Origin: Heterodontus francisci
Lineage: Eukaryota
NCBI RefSeq assembly: GCF_036365525.1
Contig: NC_090395.1
Span: 65,311,326 to 65,375,325 of the forward strand
Direction of reading: 5' to 3'
Length of the DNA stretch: 64,000 nt
Shown: positions 26,126 to 40,457 of the stretch, piece after piece
Layout: each line of letters begins with the position of its first letter
Numbering within the stretch: position 1 is the stretch's first letter
The notes under the pieces: model-generated
The model's input: the letters and a program-made list of their open reading frames with translations, nothing else
The model's database searches: none
Told to the model about the DNA's origin: nothing
Program-made: the position numbers and the translations under genes

Positions 26126-27279
26126 AATTGAAAAAGGAAGGTTCCCTCGCGGTAGCCAATAGCAGCCTCTCTACTTCAATAGGCATTGAACCAGCCATCG
26201 ACTGCTGCGCGCTCCATCATTTGCCCACAGACTCCATTTAATGTCTCAAATCGATGAAATACCCACAAGGCTTTGCACCAAACAGCCCCTGGAAAGGCTG
26301 AAATTTATACCTTTCAAATATTTACCGATTATTTCAAAGGCTGACCAAATTTTTTGTCCCCATATGTGACTACATACCTTTAAATGCCAACTCCTGTAAT
26401 TTATCCAGAGCCCTTGAAGGATGCTGGTGAAGCAGTTTCCCACCCTGTCCTTTAGGTGCTCTGTCATTGACAGGCCCATTATGGCATGGGAACTTGCTTA
26501 GATATCCAATTAGGACCAATAGTGAGAAAACTCACAGAAAATCTACACTGTAATTGGAACAATGTCACGACAAATGTCAACAAAATGTCAAATGCAGCTT
26601 GCCAGTTTACAGTTTTGCATTTGCAGAATAATCTTTGAGACGAGGCAACAGAATGGACATGAGGTGAGCATCGTGGACACAGTGTGTGTGGCAACAGTAG
26701 AGACTGAGTGATAGACAAGCATTATGTCATTTTTTGTTTTCAGTGTCCTTTTAGGCACTGATTTACTTGTTTGTTCTATTCTAGGCAACCTCTAACTAAA
26801 AAAACTACTCCTGCATCTTAGCTGCCAGTTTCCAGCCCAGGCCTGAATCAGGTCAATCTCCTGACTGACTATCCATGTGTCTTTCTATCCTCCATTTTCT
26901 TTGTGTTCCCAGTAAGTGCGAAGGTTGTCCCTCTAACTTCTTCCTCATTCAGTAATTTGCCAGTCACTAAAACAGACCACAGATCAATTCTCCTCCCTCT
27001 CTATAGGTTCAGAAAAAGATTTCCTACTCTTCTCAAAATGAATAGCAGCTAATGATAGACTTTTTATGAGCCTTGAACTCATCAATTTACCTTCATTGTC
27101 TCAGTTTAAAGTAGATTTTGAGTGACTACTTGCAACAAACTGGCTTATCAAGCTTCAATGCATACTTTTGATGCCTGACCCATTAACAGATGAGCTGTTT
27201 ATCACAGTGGCTGAAGCCTATAGCTTTTTAATCCTGTGCAAAATAACCTTGTTTTAAAATATAATGCTAAAATATAATT

Positions 27280-28045
27280 CATTCCCAAATCCGTTGCACA
27301 GAGGAAAAAAAAAGTGCTGGAGTGGTAAGTAGAGTCCAGTGACAGACACTGATCAAGTAGTTTGCTCTGCAATGGAGGGTGTTGAGCTTCTTTAGATTTG
27401 TTGCAATTGCATTCCCTCAGGAAAGCCATGAGTATTCCAACAGTCGAACCTTGTAGATGCTGGAGAGACTTTAAAGGCTCAGGAATGATCCACTTTTTAC
27501 ACAGCATCTGGTCTGCTTTGTAGTAGCAGTCCAGTTAATCCTGTAATCAATGTTGACCTCCAATATTTTGATGGTAGGGGACTTGGCACTGCTGACGTCA
27601 TTGAAGGTCCTTTGTTCTGAGGTGGTTGTAGTTATCTCGTTGCCTGGCACTTATATAGCGTAAATGTTGCCAGACATTTGTTGCCAGGTCATGTTGTGGT
27701 CTGGCAAGGCTGCTTCATTATTAGAGGAGATGTGAATGGAGTTGGGTACTATAGGACACAGTAATTTTTTTTCTCTGCTTGTAAAGTAATAGTCCCTGAA
27801 CCATTTCAGATTTATCTAAGGTGATCACTTAGCACCAATGGAACAACAGCCGTGTTGATACTATACACAGAATAAGTAAATAATGTACCATGAGTGATCA
27901 AAAGTACACATGACCAAAAAGAAAAGTTGGATTAGTTAGTTTTTTTATCCTTTCATGGGATGTGGGCATCGCTGGCAAGGCCAGCATTTGTTGCCCATCC
28001 CTAAATGCCCTTGAGAAGGTGGTGGTGAGCTGCCTTCTTGAACGA
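27280..28045 (-). mobile_element. Degenerate fragments of the tRNA-headed LINE family (body 27280-27750, tail 27940-28045)
   Basis: Similar to 18540-19350, including the AGGGCA(A/T)TTAGGGATGGGCAA tail. Confidence 0.6.
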
Positions 28046-29104
28046 TTGAGTGTTATACGAGACTGGTAGTCATTGCCATGCTTTATTCTATTTCTATAGC
28101 AGAGCAGCATTGAAGCATCAGTATTTAAAAATCTATCCCTTTGAAGTTCAAACGTGAATTTTAAGATGTTGCTTCGACAGGTAGAGAGTACTTGGCACTG
28201 TTCAGTGAACTGGTTTACAAAACCATGTTACTGTAGCATGCAAGTGCTTTGTAATCTTGCAGGACATGGGCATATTGTTATCTGAACAAATGTTATTACA
28301 GATCTTTGGGCGGTCATTTTCAGAGAATTAATGCACAGCCTAATGAAAAATTCTTTTTTAAGCACTAAAAGTTTCATTTTTTGCCTTCTTGTGTCTCACA
28401 TTAATCCAATGATCGTAGGTTCTGAGTGTATTTAAGACCAGCGTCATTACATAGTGATTGACTATTTAAATTGCATCAGCTGACATGTCATCTGAATACT
28501 GCATCACCTCTGTATAATAAAATATACACTGAATGATTGTTACCAAATATCAGAACTTGCATTATTTAGGTGACAATTTATTAGCAAAAATACTTAATTT
28601 GTTAACAAATTGAACCTCAGTCTTCTGTTGCCATTGCATGTGGAGATGTGCAATTAATTTGATATGTGATCAATGTTTATCAAAAGCATCTTTGTGTGAA
28701 TTTATAAAGGCAATGGAAGGCAATTTACATAGTAATTATTAGCAGTGATATCAGTGGATGAACACACAATTTGTCTGTGATATTTCTCTGAATGAAACTT
28801 TAATATGGGCATAAGTCCATTTATTTTATGAGTTACTAATAATGGATAATGGATTGCAATAGAAAAGCTTTGTGCATTTGTCTGTTAATAACACCAGCAA
28901 TAATCTCTTAATTTCTTCAAATACCACACAGGCTATAGAATTGAAGCTGTCAGCAGAGATGAAGACATTGACTAAAATGGGACTTTCAGACTGTCCTTTA
29001 TAAAGATAGCGTTTAAGTTTAAGGTATCAGTAACAGAAGCATTACAACTGAAATGCAAGTGGGGTGCATTGAACATGCTCTGAAACAACGGCGGTACTCT
29101 GGAA

Positions 29105-29233
29105 TTAGACAGGCGTCTTCTGTTCACGGTGATGGTCATCATAAATATAAGTGGGAAAGTCTTCTTCTGTCTGAATGCTGGATTTGATTGTTGCCATGTC
29201 ATATGTGATATCTTGGCCATCATCTCCAAAAGA
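29105..29233 (-). CDS. Gene A terminal cytoplasmic exon
   Basis: ttttttaaaag|SFGDDGQDITYDMATIKSSIQTEEDFPTYIYDDHHREQKTPV*; phase 0 matches the previous exon; Tyr motifs. Confidence 0.65.
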   Translation of the reverse strand, partial: SFGDDGQDITYDMATIKSSIQTEEDFPTYIYDDHHREQKTPV

Positions 29234-31309
29234 CTTTTAAAAAAGCGTCCATAAATTATTGTCATCATACACGTCAGTTGATTTCAAATAGAAGAAAATT
29301 TAACACTTGCGACTGATTAAGAATTCTATTATAAAATGATATATTTCTTTTGTTTTACTTTCTTCCATAATTTAATTGAGAAGCTGGAATAAATTAGATG
29401 AAGGGGTTACAATTTTTCATCAAGCCCATGATGAAAGATCTTTGACCTGAAACATTAACTCTGTTTCTCTCTCCACAGATGCTGCCGGGTCGGCTGAGTA
29501 ATTCCAACATGTTCTGTTTCTATTTCAGAATTTTTAAACAATCTCTTTTATTTCAGTGTAAATATATGAATGTAACATTCCAACTTGCATTCCAATTGAT
29601 CCGTGCTAACTGCTTGGTACTATCAGTGACATGGATAGTAGGGATCAGTTAGATCCAAAAATCACTTCATATAACAAACACAGAAGACAGCCATTACACC
29701 TTCGCTCCAAAAACTGACAGTTTAAGTAAGTTGAAAGCTTGGGTCTGGTCAAGGTCTGGCCGCTCACAAGCCTTGAACTTAATTTACGAGCAGATGCAAT
29801 TAAGGGTATCAGTTGTTGAAGACGACCCAATGCTTATCTCTTTCTGTGTGTTTCTTGTCCTCTCACCTCCCTGGAGACCTGGGGTTTCAACCTTCTAACA
29901 TCTGCAGCAATAATTTTGCTTTAGGAATGGAGGACTGGTTTATTCTCGGCTACAAATCTTCAGCTCAAGCCCCAGGAAGCAAAAAAAGGGGCAGGAGCGG
30001 TGTGGAGGTGAGCAGACTGTGGTGGTGATGTGAAGCCTGGGATAGAGTGACTGAGAAGAATGAATGAATGGGAAAGAGAATGAGAGCGAGCCAGCAGCGA
30101 TGTCAGGAGGCACTGAGCAGGGAGATTAAGATTGGGAGTTGTAAGGAAAAAGGTTGGGACTAGAAGGGATTGAGATGGGATAATATTGCACCACCACCTT
30201 GATGAGAATTAAGCTCTAGTGCTTAATGTGAAGCTGCAAAGATAAAAAAAAAAATCAACACTGGGCCCGGATTCTCCTGCCAGCTGCAACTCCAGAAGAG
30301 GCAGCTGGGCAGTTAAAGGGGCAGAAGCGTTGCGAAGATTGACGCATTGTTTGCATGTTAGCCTTTGGTAGGGATTGAGGCCTACAAAGCAAGGTAAGCG
30401 AGGATCAGAATGAAGGAGTGGAGGCCCTCTCCCTCTTTGGAGAGGCTTCAGAGCTGTTATTGCTGTTTCCTGAGACCGACAGTCACCATCTCCATGGCGA
30501 GCTTGGGACGCAGCAGTAAAAAGTGAAAGGAAATCTGCCAGCACCTGGGCCTTGTTAGCGCTTTCTATTCTTTGCCTGTGGCACACAGGGAAGAACTGGC
30601 TTCAGTCAGGGAGGGTGTGGAGAAGCAGTCGGGTGGTGAAATCACTGCCTGAATTTTCCATCACAGCCATAGCTTGATAACACACAAAGGGACATTTTCC
30701 TGCAGGGATTGCAATTGCGACCTGGAACCCATGTTCATTTTACCCCCTCCCCAGCCTGAGGATGCCGAGTACAACGGTAGATCCCTAACTACCTACTGGA
30801 TTCTTGGTCATTGTCAATCACTCCAGGTGGTGTATTTATGTATTAAGTCACTGGAGGGCAGCAATAGTACTTATTAAAGACTTGCCTGACCAAACATCTG
30901 GCTGCTTATGTTTTGCTTTCCATTGCAATCATTGATTTAATTATGAATTGGTTCAATCGAGGAAACTGTCAGAACTTAAACATGAATTCAATGTTTAAAG
31001 GTGCCTTTCATCACTTAGTTTTAAGTTGTGCAATCAAATATCATTGACTCAGTGTATGGCATTTCTTTCTCTTGTGGTTTAAAAGGCTAATAGTGAGATT
31101 TATCCCATTGTTATTTTAACCTCCACATTAACCCACTTAAGATGAACATTAACGTCACACTGATTGAAAAATCTGGACTACAGACTGAAATTGGGTAATA
31201 AAGGGACAAGTGAATTATTCCATCCTAATTCAAGTTTCAGTTCTTTGTTAAAAAGAAGTTTTGATTTGAATTGATTTTAACCTAAGTACAGAGATTTACT
31301 TGTACTTAT

Positions 31310-31770
31310 TTCAATTTAGTATACGATATTCGCTGCTCACAATGCAGTCTCCTCTACATTGGGGAGACTAAATGCAGATTGGGTGACAGCTTTGAGGAAC
31401 ACCTCTGTTCAGTCCACAAGCATGACCGTGAGCTTCTCGATGCGTGCCATTTTAATTCTCCACCCCACTCCCACTCTAATCTCTCTGTCCTCGACCTCTT
31501 ACACTGTTCCAATGAAGCTCAATGGAAGCTTGAGGAACAGCACTTCATCTTTTGATTAGGCACTTCACAGTCTTCTAGACTCAACAGTGAGTTCAACAAT
31601 TTCAGATCATAACCTCTGCCCCCTTTTTTAGGAGGCAACTGTTGGTGTTGATTCTGCTTTTCCCATTTATACCTTCTCTAGAGATACCTTTGGTTCCTTG
31701 ACTTGTCCCAATACTATCTCCTTTTGCCTTGTACCATCATCCGTTTTGCCATTTAATCTCTCCTGCCTTC
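31310..31770 (+). mobile_element. Penelope-like element GIY-YIG fragment
   Basis: LVYDIRCSQCSLLYIGETKCRLGDSFEEHL. Confidence 0.75.
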
Positions 31771-32432
31771 CAGGGGCAGTCCTCCTTTTTGAGGACTCTT
31801 TGGACCATGAAGGGGCTGCCTGGCCGCAATGGCCACCCTCACAGTAACGGTGATGCCTGCCCTCACCGACAACTGCACCCCCCTCCACCTCCTCGCTGGT
31901 GCCCCCAGACCCCACTTATCTGCTTGCGAGGGCACACATCCATCAATGTACTCTCATTGGTGCAGTTCCAGCAGTGGCCACCACGCCCAGTGACGCTGCT
32001 GAGCTGTTGGCCTTCTGACTGGGCCGGTAGCTGTTGGGAGCTGGCCACCAACCTTAATAGGATGGCAGGCCCGGCGGCAGCCACTTAATTGGCTGCTGCC
32101 TGTAAAATGTGGGCCCAGGTCCTAAAGTGGGGTCACCACCCCCTGCCCCCACCACCCCAGCTTTTGGCGCCAGTGGTGGGACCCCTGCTGGCTCAAAAAA
32201 ATCCCAGGCATTAACTCTGCTTTTCTCTCCACAGATGCTGCCAGACCTGCTGAGTATTGCCAGCACTTTGTTTTTATTTCATATTTCCAGCATCTGCAGT
32301 ATGTGCTTTTGTACAGAGATAATTGGCTTATTTAGTTTTCTGACCATAAATAAATTGACAATTAAATGAGGATAGGTATGTGACTTAAGTTAAAAATCTG
32401 ACATCAAATATGTTGCTGTGTGAAATTCTTAC

Positions 32433-32488
32433 CAGATCATTAAAGACTGGGTTAGATTCTTCCTTTGTATGTTTTGATCCTTTCTTAC
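32433..32488 (-). CDS. Gene A cytoplasmic exon 1
   Basis: ttcttag|GT KKGSKHTKEESNPVFNDL|gtaaga, phase 1-0. Confidence 0.75.
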
Positions 32489-32744
32489 CTAAGAATGATA
32501 GAAGTATAGATGACAAAGACATGACTGTAAAGTTGAAAAATAATATTGTGAATCCATTGCTGTACATATTTTAATGATCTACACTGTGCTTTTGCATTTG
32601 CAACAGACATGTTTACTAAAAAGTAACATCCTAATATCAAAGATCAAAATGGGGAAATAGAATCGGATATGTAAGTTCAGAAATTACTCTTTTGCAATAT
32701 TTATAGCATACTAGCATTTAGAACAGTTGTATGATACTCCTCTG

Positions 32745-33260
32745 TCTTTTCTTTTTCTTTTTCTTTTTGGGCCTCCTTATCTCGAGAGACAATGGATACG
32801 CGCCTGGAGGTGGTCAGTGGTTTGTGAAGCAGCGCCTGGAGTGGCTATAAAGGCCAATTCTGGAGTGACAGGCTCTTCCACAGGTGCTGCAGAGAAATTT
32901 GTTTGTCGGGGCTGTTGCACAGTTGGCTCTCCCCTTGCGCCTCTGTCTTTTTTCCTGCCAACTACTAAGTCTCTTCGACTCGCCACAATTTAGCCCTGTC
33001 TTTATGGCTGCCCGCCAGCTCTGGCGAATGCTGGCAACTGACTCCCACGACTTGTGATCAATGTCACACGATTTCATGTCGCGTTTGCAGACGTCTTAAT
33101 AGCGGAGACATGGACGGCCGGTGGGTCTGATACCAGTGGCGAGCTCGCTGTACAATGTGTCTTTGGGGATCCTGCCATCTTCCATGCGGCTCACATGGCC
33201 AAGCCATCTCGAGCGCCGCTGACTCAGTAGTGTGTATAAGCTGGGGGTGTTGGCCGCTTT
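32745..33260 (-). mobile_element. RTE LINE 3' fragment
   Basis: Highly similar to 3328-3825. Confidence 0.9.
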
Positions 33261-33729
33261 ATGGCCATACTAGTCTGTCTTTTAACAGGGACATTAACCC
33301 ATTTATTTCAAATATATAAATTTTTGTCTTGGTGGTAATCTGCTGGAGTGGAACACCTGTCTTTTAGAGAGTCATCTGTGTGTTAATTCCAATGAAACCA
33401 AATGAAAATATTGCATTACTGGCTGGCAATGATCTGAAACTACTTCATTTGGAATCCCATATTTAGTAAAATGCTGATTGCAATTGCACTTGAACTCATG
33501 GTACTTGTTTACTGACGTCTACAATGATTTGAACGAAATTCAAATTCATCAAACGTAACTTTCCAGCCTTGTCTGTTTAGAACATCATACTTACACTAGC
33601 TTGTTGCACACTTCTTGTATATACTCCATTGTATATTGTTCTCTTTTTATGGCTTTATTTAAATCTGTAGGGTCAAGACATATTCTTATTCATTGTTTAA
33701 CTTGACGACTGCTGCTCTAGAGAATCCTG

Positions 33730-34170
33730 CAGGTGTCAGCTGTGGCTCGGTTGGTAACAATCTGAGTCAGTAGCTTGTGGGTTCAAGTCCCACCCCAGAG
33801 ACTTGAGCACAAGGACAGAGCCTGATACTCCAGTGCAGCACTGAGACAGTGAAGCACCATTGGAGATGTTGTCTTTTGGATGAAATGATAAACTGAAGCC
33901 CCTGTCTGCCTCTCAGGTGGGCGTAACAGGTCCTGTGGCACTATGTCGAAGGCGAGCAAGGGAATTCTATCCACTGTGTCCTGAACAATATTTATCCCTC
34001 AACCAATTCACTAAAAAACAAACAGATAAGCTGGTCATTGTCATGCTCTGTTTGTGGGAGCTTGTTGTTACACTTCCTACATTTACAACAGTTCAGAAGT
34101 ATTTCATTGGCCAAAAAGCACTTTGGAATGTTCTGAGATGCTGTATAAATGCAAGTACTCTTTTTTTCTT
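33730..34170 (+). mobile_element. Deu-SINE (SacSINE1-like)
   Basis: tRNA head (TGGCTCGGTTGG, GGTTCAAGTCC), Deu-like core CCCTGTCTGCCTCTCAGGTGG...AATATTTATCCCTCAACCAA, L2-type tail. Confidence 0.7.
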
Positions 34171-34582
34171 TACATCTAATGTTGGTGCTAGGCTCTTTTC
34201 AGTATAGTCGCTGACCCCGGCCATTTAAGCTGCTCAGGAATCTGTGATTATTTAGTGACCACGTGGAGTTTATTTTACCCTCTGGGTGGAAAAATGGGTA
34301 GCGCTTGTATTTTGATCTGCGAGATCCTGCCTCACTTCAATCCAATTTGTAACTGTAAATTAGGCTTGGAATTTCCTCGGAGCTGCTTGTTCACAGTCTA
34401 TCATCATAACCTTGCAGAAACCCCACTTCCTCGGATTCTGCCACTCTCTTGACCAAGTTACGGCTGGTGAAGCAGGAGCAGCTCTGAGGATATTCCCGGC
34501 CTCTCTCTTCGGTTTATCCAATTGGAAGCAGAGAGCTTTTTCTTGAATTTGGAATTGGAATTTTCTTAGTTGTGTAACTTAC

Positions 34583-34692
34583 CAGCTGCAGTTTTCTTTC
34601 TGTGTCTTATGACAAAAATAGTAGCAGTAAGGAACAGTACAATCAAAATTCCGAGCACAGAAACCACCAGCATAGTGGAAAGGTTTGTGGTG
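34583..34692 (-). CDS. Gene A transmembrane exon (uncharged)
   Basis: tttcacag|C TTNLSTMLVVSVLGILIVLFLTATIFVIRHRKKTAA G|gtaagt, phase 2-1. Confidence 0.85.
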
Positions 34693-35404
34693 CTGTGAAA
34701 CAGAAGAGTGGAAAGCTTATTTCTGCAAAGTGAAGCTCATTTTCATTCTTTGAGCAATACAGCCTCTCTTTCCAAATTTCCCAATGTCCATATCCATTCT
34801 GTACTGCTAAAAGTGATGATGTTTGCAGGGTGCATTTCCACAGGCATCAGTTGCCTACTGGCACCATATAAATGGCCACTGGTCAATATTCATGCGTGAC
34901 CCTTGATAGTGACTATTAACAGGCTATTCAGCTGCAGTAGAATCACAGATAACTCCAATCCTGTCCTCACTTAATATCCACAAGAAACCTTTTCCAGCAG
35001 GTTGCTGGATAGCGATCAGGAGAAGAAATCCTGAACCATCCTCCCCTGCATGAACGGAGTCCATTTCTCCACAGAAGGTACATGAGCAGTAGGCCTTAAG
35101 GAGAACCGAGTTAAATCTAGAAACATATGAGCATTGTAACCATGCCACGGATCCAATCACACTCATAAGCAGTGCCAGGGAGATCTAGCTTCTTTAAATA
35201 GTGCAAATGAACTGTAACACATGTGAATACACACAGTTAGAGATGGACAAGTGCAGCCACAATTTATAGAATCACAGAGGTTTACAGCATGAAGGAGGCC
35301 ATATGACCCATCGTGTCAGTGCCAGCTGACAAGGAGCTATCCAGCCTAATTCCACTTTCTGGCTCTTGGTCTGTAGCCTTGTAGGTTATGGCCCTTCAAG
35401 TGCA

Positions 35405-37205
35405 TATCCAACCAAGGAAAGAGTAGGGCCCATTAGGGACCAAGGTGACAATCTGTGTGTGGAGCCGGAGGACATAGGTGAGGTTTTAAATGATTACTTC
35501 TCATCTGTGTTCACTATGGAGAAGGACGATGTAGGTGTACAGATCAGAGAGGGGGATTGTGATATACTTGAACAAATTAGCATTGAAAGGGAGGAAGTAT
35601 TAGCTGTTTTAGCGGGCTTAAAAGTGGATAAATCCCCAGGTCCAGATGAGATGTATCCTAGGCTGTTATGTGAGGCAAGGGAGGAGATAGCAGGGGCTCT
35701 GACACAAATTTTCAAATCCTCTCTGGCCACAGGAGAGGTACCAGAGGATTGGAGGACAGCGAATGTGGTACCATTATTCAAGAAGGGTAGCAGGGATAAA
35801 CCAAGTAATTACAGGCCAGTGAGTCTAACATCAGTGGTAGGGAAACTGTTGGAAAAAATTCTGAGGGACAGGATTAATCTCCAGTTAGAGAGGCAGGGAT
35901 TAATCAGGGATAGTCAGCATGGCTTTGTCAGGGGGAGATCGTGTCTAACAAACTTGATTGAATTTTTTGAGGCGGTGACTAGATGTGTAGATGAGGGTAA
36001 AGTAGTTGATGTAGTCTACATGGACTTCAGTAAGGCATTTGATAAGATCCTGCATGGCAGATTGGTTAAAGAAGGTAAGAGCCCAAGGGATCCAGGGCAA
36101 TTTGGCAAATTGGATCCAAAATAGGCTTAAAGGCAGGAGGCAGAGGGTGATGGTTGAGGGTTGTTTTTGCGAGTGGAAGCCTGTGACCACTGGTGTACCA
36201 CAGGGATCGGTGCTGGGACCCTTTCTGTTTGTAGTGTACATTAATGATTTAGACATGAATATAGGAAGTATGATCAGTAAGTTTGCAGATGACAAGAAAA
36301 TTGGTGGTCATAAATAGTGAGGAGGAAAGCCTTAGATTACAGGATGATATAGATGGGCTGGTAAAATGGGCGGAGCAATGGCAAATGGAATTTAATCCTG
36401 AGAAGTGTGAGGTGATGCATTTTGGGAGGACGAACAAGGCAAGGGAATATACAATGGATGATAGGACCCTAGGAAGTACAGAGGGTCAGAGGGACCTTGG
36501 TGTACTTGTCCATCGATCACTGAAGGCAACAGCACAGGTAGATAAGGTGGTTAGGAAGTCATAGGGGATACTTGCCTTTATTAGCTGAGGCATAGAATAT
36601 AAGAGCAGGGAGGTTATGGTGGAGTTGTATAAAACGCTAGTTAGGCTACAGCTGGAGTACTGTGTCCAGGTCTGGGCACCACACTATAGGAAGGATGTGA
36701 TTCCCCTGGAGAGGGTGCAGAGGAGATTCATCAGGCTGTTGCCTGGGCTGGAGCATTTCAGCTATGAAGAGAGACTGAAAAGGCTGGGCTTGTTTTCCTT
36801 AGAATAGAGAAGGCTGAGGGGGGACATGATTGAGGTATACAAAATTATGAGGGGCATTGATGGGTTAGATCGGAAGAAACGTTTTCCCTTAGCGGAAGGG
36901 TCAGTTACCAGGGGGTATAGATTTAAGGTAAGGGGCAGGAGGTTTCGAGGGGATTTGAGGACAATCTTTTTCATCCAGCGGGTAGTTGGAATCTGGAACG
37001 CACTGCCTGAAGAGGTGGTAGAGGCAGGAACCCTCACAGCATTTAAGAAGTATTTAGATGAGCACCTGAAATGCCATAGCATACACGGCTACGGGCCAAG
37101 TGCTGGAAAATGGGATTAGAATAGTTAGGTGCTTGATGGCCAGCACAGACACGATGGACCGAAGGATCTGTTTCTGTGCTGTATAACTCTACGACTCTAT
37201 GACTT
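35405..37205 (+). mobile_element. 5'-truncated CR1 LINE (same subfamily as 842-2728)
   Basis: RT ORFs 35366-37119; tail ACTCTACGACTCTATGACT. Confidence 0.9.
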
Positions 37206-38014
37206 CTTAAATGTTATGAGGATTTCAGCTTTTACCATCCTTTCATGTGGTGAGTTGCAGATCCCCACCACCCTCTTGATTTAGCAGTTTGGTTTGACTA
37301 CAGAGAGATACACTGAAATTTATTTGGTACCCAAGTCATAACCAGGAAATAATTTTAAGGTAATTGGTGAAAGAATTAGAGGTGGCATGAGGAGAAAATT
37401 CTTTATGCAGTGCGTATGATCTGGAATGTACTAATTGAAAGGGTAGTGGAAACAGATTCAATAGTCACTTTCAAAAGGCAATCGGATAAATACTTGAACC
37501 AGAAAAATTTACAGGGCTAAAGGGAAAGAGCAGGGGAGTGAGACTATTTGAATAGTTCGTTCAAAGAGCTGGCATAGGTATGACTGGCTGAATGGCCTGC
37601 TTCTGTGCAGTATCATGCTATAATTCAACAAGAAGTGGAATAGTGTAAGAGTGATAAACAGGGACAGAGCACGGCCTGCGTAACCCATGCAATTGCACGA
37701 GGCCTTGAGCCAGTGTGGGGCCCTGTGTGGATCCAGTGAAAGATCACCTATTCAGAGCTACATTAAAGCACAAGTCTACAGGGCATGTGTCCAGGGCCCC
37801 TGTGAACAGCTGAGGCTCAAGCATCAACTTGCACTGGCTTACATCATCAGCAGCAGGCGGTGGACAGGACTAAACATTCCTAAAGCAAAAAATACTTGAC
37901 TGGGTCCATCAATAAAATAACCACTTAAGCGGTTGTTGTTTCTTTTGTTCACTCCAATGGCCAATGAACCTTTGGACCGATAACTCTGATGGCCCACAAA
38001 CTGATGATAGGTGC

Positions 38015-38908
38015 TGTCATGCAGACCCCCACCTGCCAAAAATGAGGCATATTAATTTTGTCACATGAATATTGATTCTAAACTGTTGCTGGAGTGAAGA
38101 AACAACTTGTTTAAAAAAAAATCACCAAACTCTTGGCTGGAAGAACATTTGCGTACTAACAGACAGTAATTGTGGAGACAAAGGACTATTCCCAGGTCCA
38201 CTTAAGCCACCATGGACTTTGATCACCAGACACTGAAGGTGAGGGAGCTCACATTCCAGGATGACTGCTAAGATGGCAGAATCCACAAACAGAAGTGATC
38301 AAGCCAGCCAGTCACATGACTAACCTGCTGGGCAACCTGGGGTTTTTTTGAATTGTGAAATGCAGAAGACTGTTTTGAACTGGAAGCTGAAACAAGTAAG
38401 GCTTTCGCCTGCTGTCTCTCTTTCTCACTTTCTCCCAAGCCACCGAACCCACGGAAGGCACGTAAACCTCAAAAGAAAAAAGACTCCTACATCGGAACAA
38501 GTTGTAGCGTGAATTGGGCATTGGGCCCCAATGAATTGCAAGACTTACTGGCAACCAAAGACTCCACATTGAACTTAAAGGACTGTAACTACTAGATATT
38601 GCCTCAAACTTTTCCCCTTTATTCCTTCTATTTTTTCTGTATCTATCTGCATGTGCATTTATCGCGTATGCATGCTAGCGTGGTAGCGTTGCATATTTGT
38701 AGTCGTTAACTGGATTAGAGTTTAAGATTAATAAGCTTCTACCTTTCTTGTTTAAACCTAGGGAAACTTGCTCGATTTCTTTGTCTTACAATTGGATCAG
38801 TGAACAAGGATTCACTAAGGGGGAACTAAAAATATGGTGTTTTTAAAATTAATCCCTGTTAGGGTTAAACCCTAGGGAACCCCTAGACCTTCTCACCTGG
38901 CCTTAACA
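38015..38908 (+). mobile_element. Solo LTR (Gypsy-like)
   Basis: TG...CA ends, near-TSD GTGC/ATGC; 3' third similar to 43500-43782. Confidence 0.65.
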
Positions 38909-40457
38909 ATGCGAAAACAACATTCATTGTACATCAGCTTGTGCTGCTTCTGTTCCTTCCCCCTCCAAAAGAAATGCATGATCAAAGATAATGGTGCAAG
39001 CTGTTAATTGTAATGCAGCCTGCTCACGTTTATAAACTAAAATTGCTTGCCTTTTCTAACCTCAAAGTTGCATTCTTGCCATAGGGCAGAAATCGATTTC
39101 AACCTCTATTGGAGCGAGCTGCTGTGCTATGTATCATTGGAACTGCAGTAATGTGCTTGAAAGAGGAGTAAAGGAACCTTAATGCTATTATTAGTGGTGT
39201 AAGATAAGGAGTAATACATCTAGAGCATCATATTCTGTTACAAGGCCATTCAAAAGTGCATTTTACGCATCTAATGAATGTGGCATATAATGCAGACCAC
39301 TAATGATAGTGTTTTTTGCTAACTTTATTGCATATTGGTGACTAACCAATGTCAGTGCACTTTTCTTAGTGCTACTGTCTAACATGGCAAGCTTTAAAGT
39401 ACCATACCTTTGCGAAGTATGACCAGATCAGATATAAAACCTTAGTTCTCTCTGTCTCAGCTGTCCACTTACCCTCCTGCAGTTACGGATGAGGTAGGGG
39501 AAAGACAAGACAAATTGAGTTCACTGCTATTCTACTAGACTTTAATGCAGCTGAAGTATGAAACGTTGGTTTCTGAGATATCATACGGCCCATATACTGA
39601 CATAACATTGGCATTTCAAGATCTTTATAATCGTTCATTGTGATTATACTCTTGTATTAACTATGGCATCATTTTAACAACCCCTTGTATATTACCCATT
39701 GCAAACTTTGGCTGTCCTTGTTCTTCTAGGTGGACGAGGTTGCAGGTTTGGAAGGTGCTGTCGAAGGATGCATGGTGAGTTGCTGCAGTGCATCTTGTAG
39801 ATGGGATAGACACAATGAGCTGAATTTTACTTGCCCTCCAGCATTGGGGATCATGGTGTGGGGGCCTGGAAAATTCTTCTGAGAGAGGCCTGCCAAAACC
39901 CCCAATGCCGAGAAGGCCCTACTGGATTTTACTGGTGGTGGCGAGGCCTCAGTGTGGGTCTGGCGGGGCCTTCATTTCAATATGTTAATAAAGTTTAATG
40001 AATGCATGGTCACAGACCTGAAACGTTAACTTTGCTTCTCTCTCCACAGATGCTGCCAGAACTGCTGAGCATTTCCAGCACTTTTTGTTTGTGTTTCTGT
40101 TTTTATTCCTGCTGGTTTGGGGATTGCATTCACAATAGTTTCACAGCTTCCCCAGTCTGGATCTGTCTTTATAACAAACTCTTTACCTGCAACTGGATGA
40201 AGTTACCTCAGAACTTTAAAGGAACTCCAACATTTTCCTTCAAGAATAAAGACCCTAACACAAAATTGATCCCACCAGCCAGTGTCAATGGTGAGTACCA
40301 AAAATATCAAGTGCAATAAATTGCAACTTTACCTGCAAACCTAGCTGAGTGAATAACTTCTCAATGAAAAATCAAAAGGACCTTGCGAGTCTGGATAGGC
40401 CAGGGTTGATTGGGCAATCACAGTCAAGCAATTCCTGATTTATTTATTGTAAGGCCA

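Noticed and set aside
31305-31335. ITIM-like ISYTKL on the minus strand
   Set aside because: It is the antisense of a Penelope GIY-YIG fragment, and gene A exon phases close without it.
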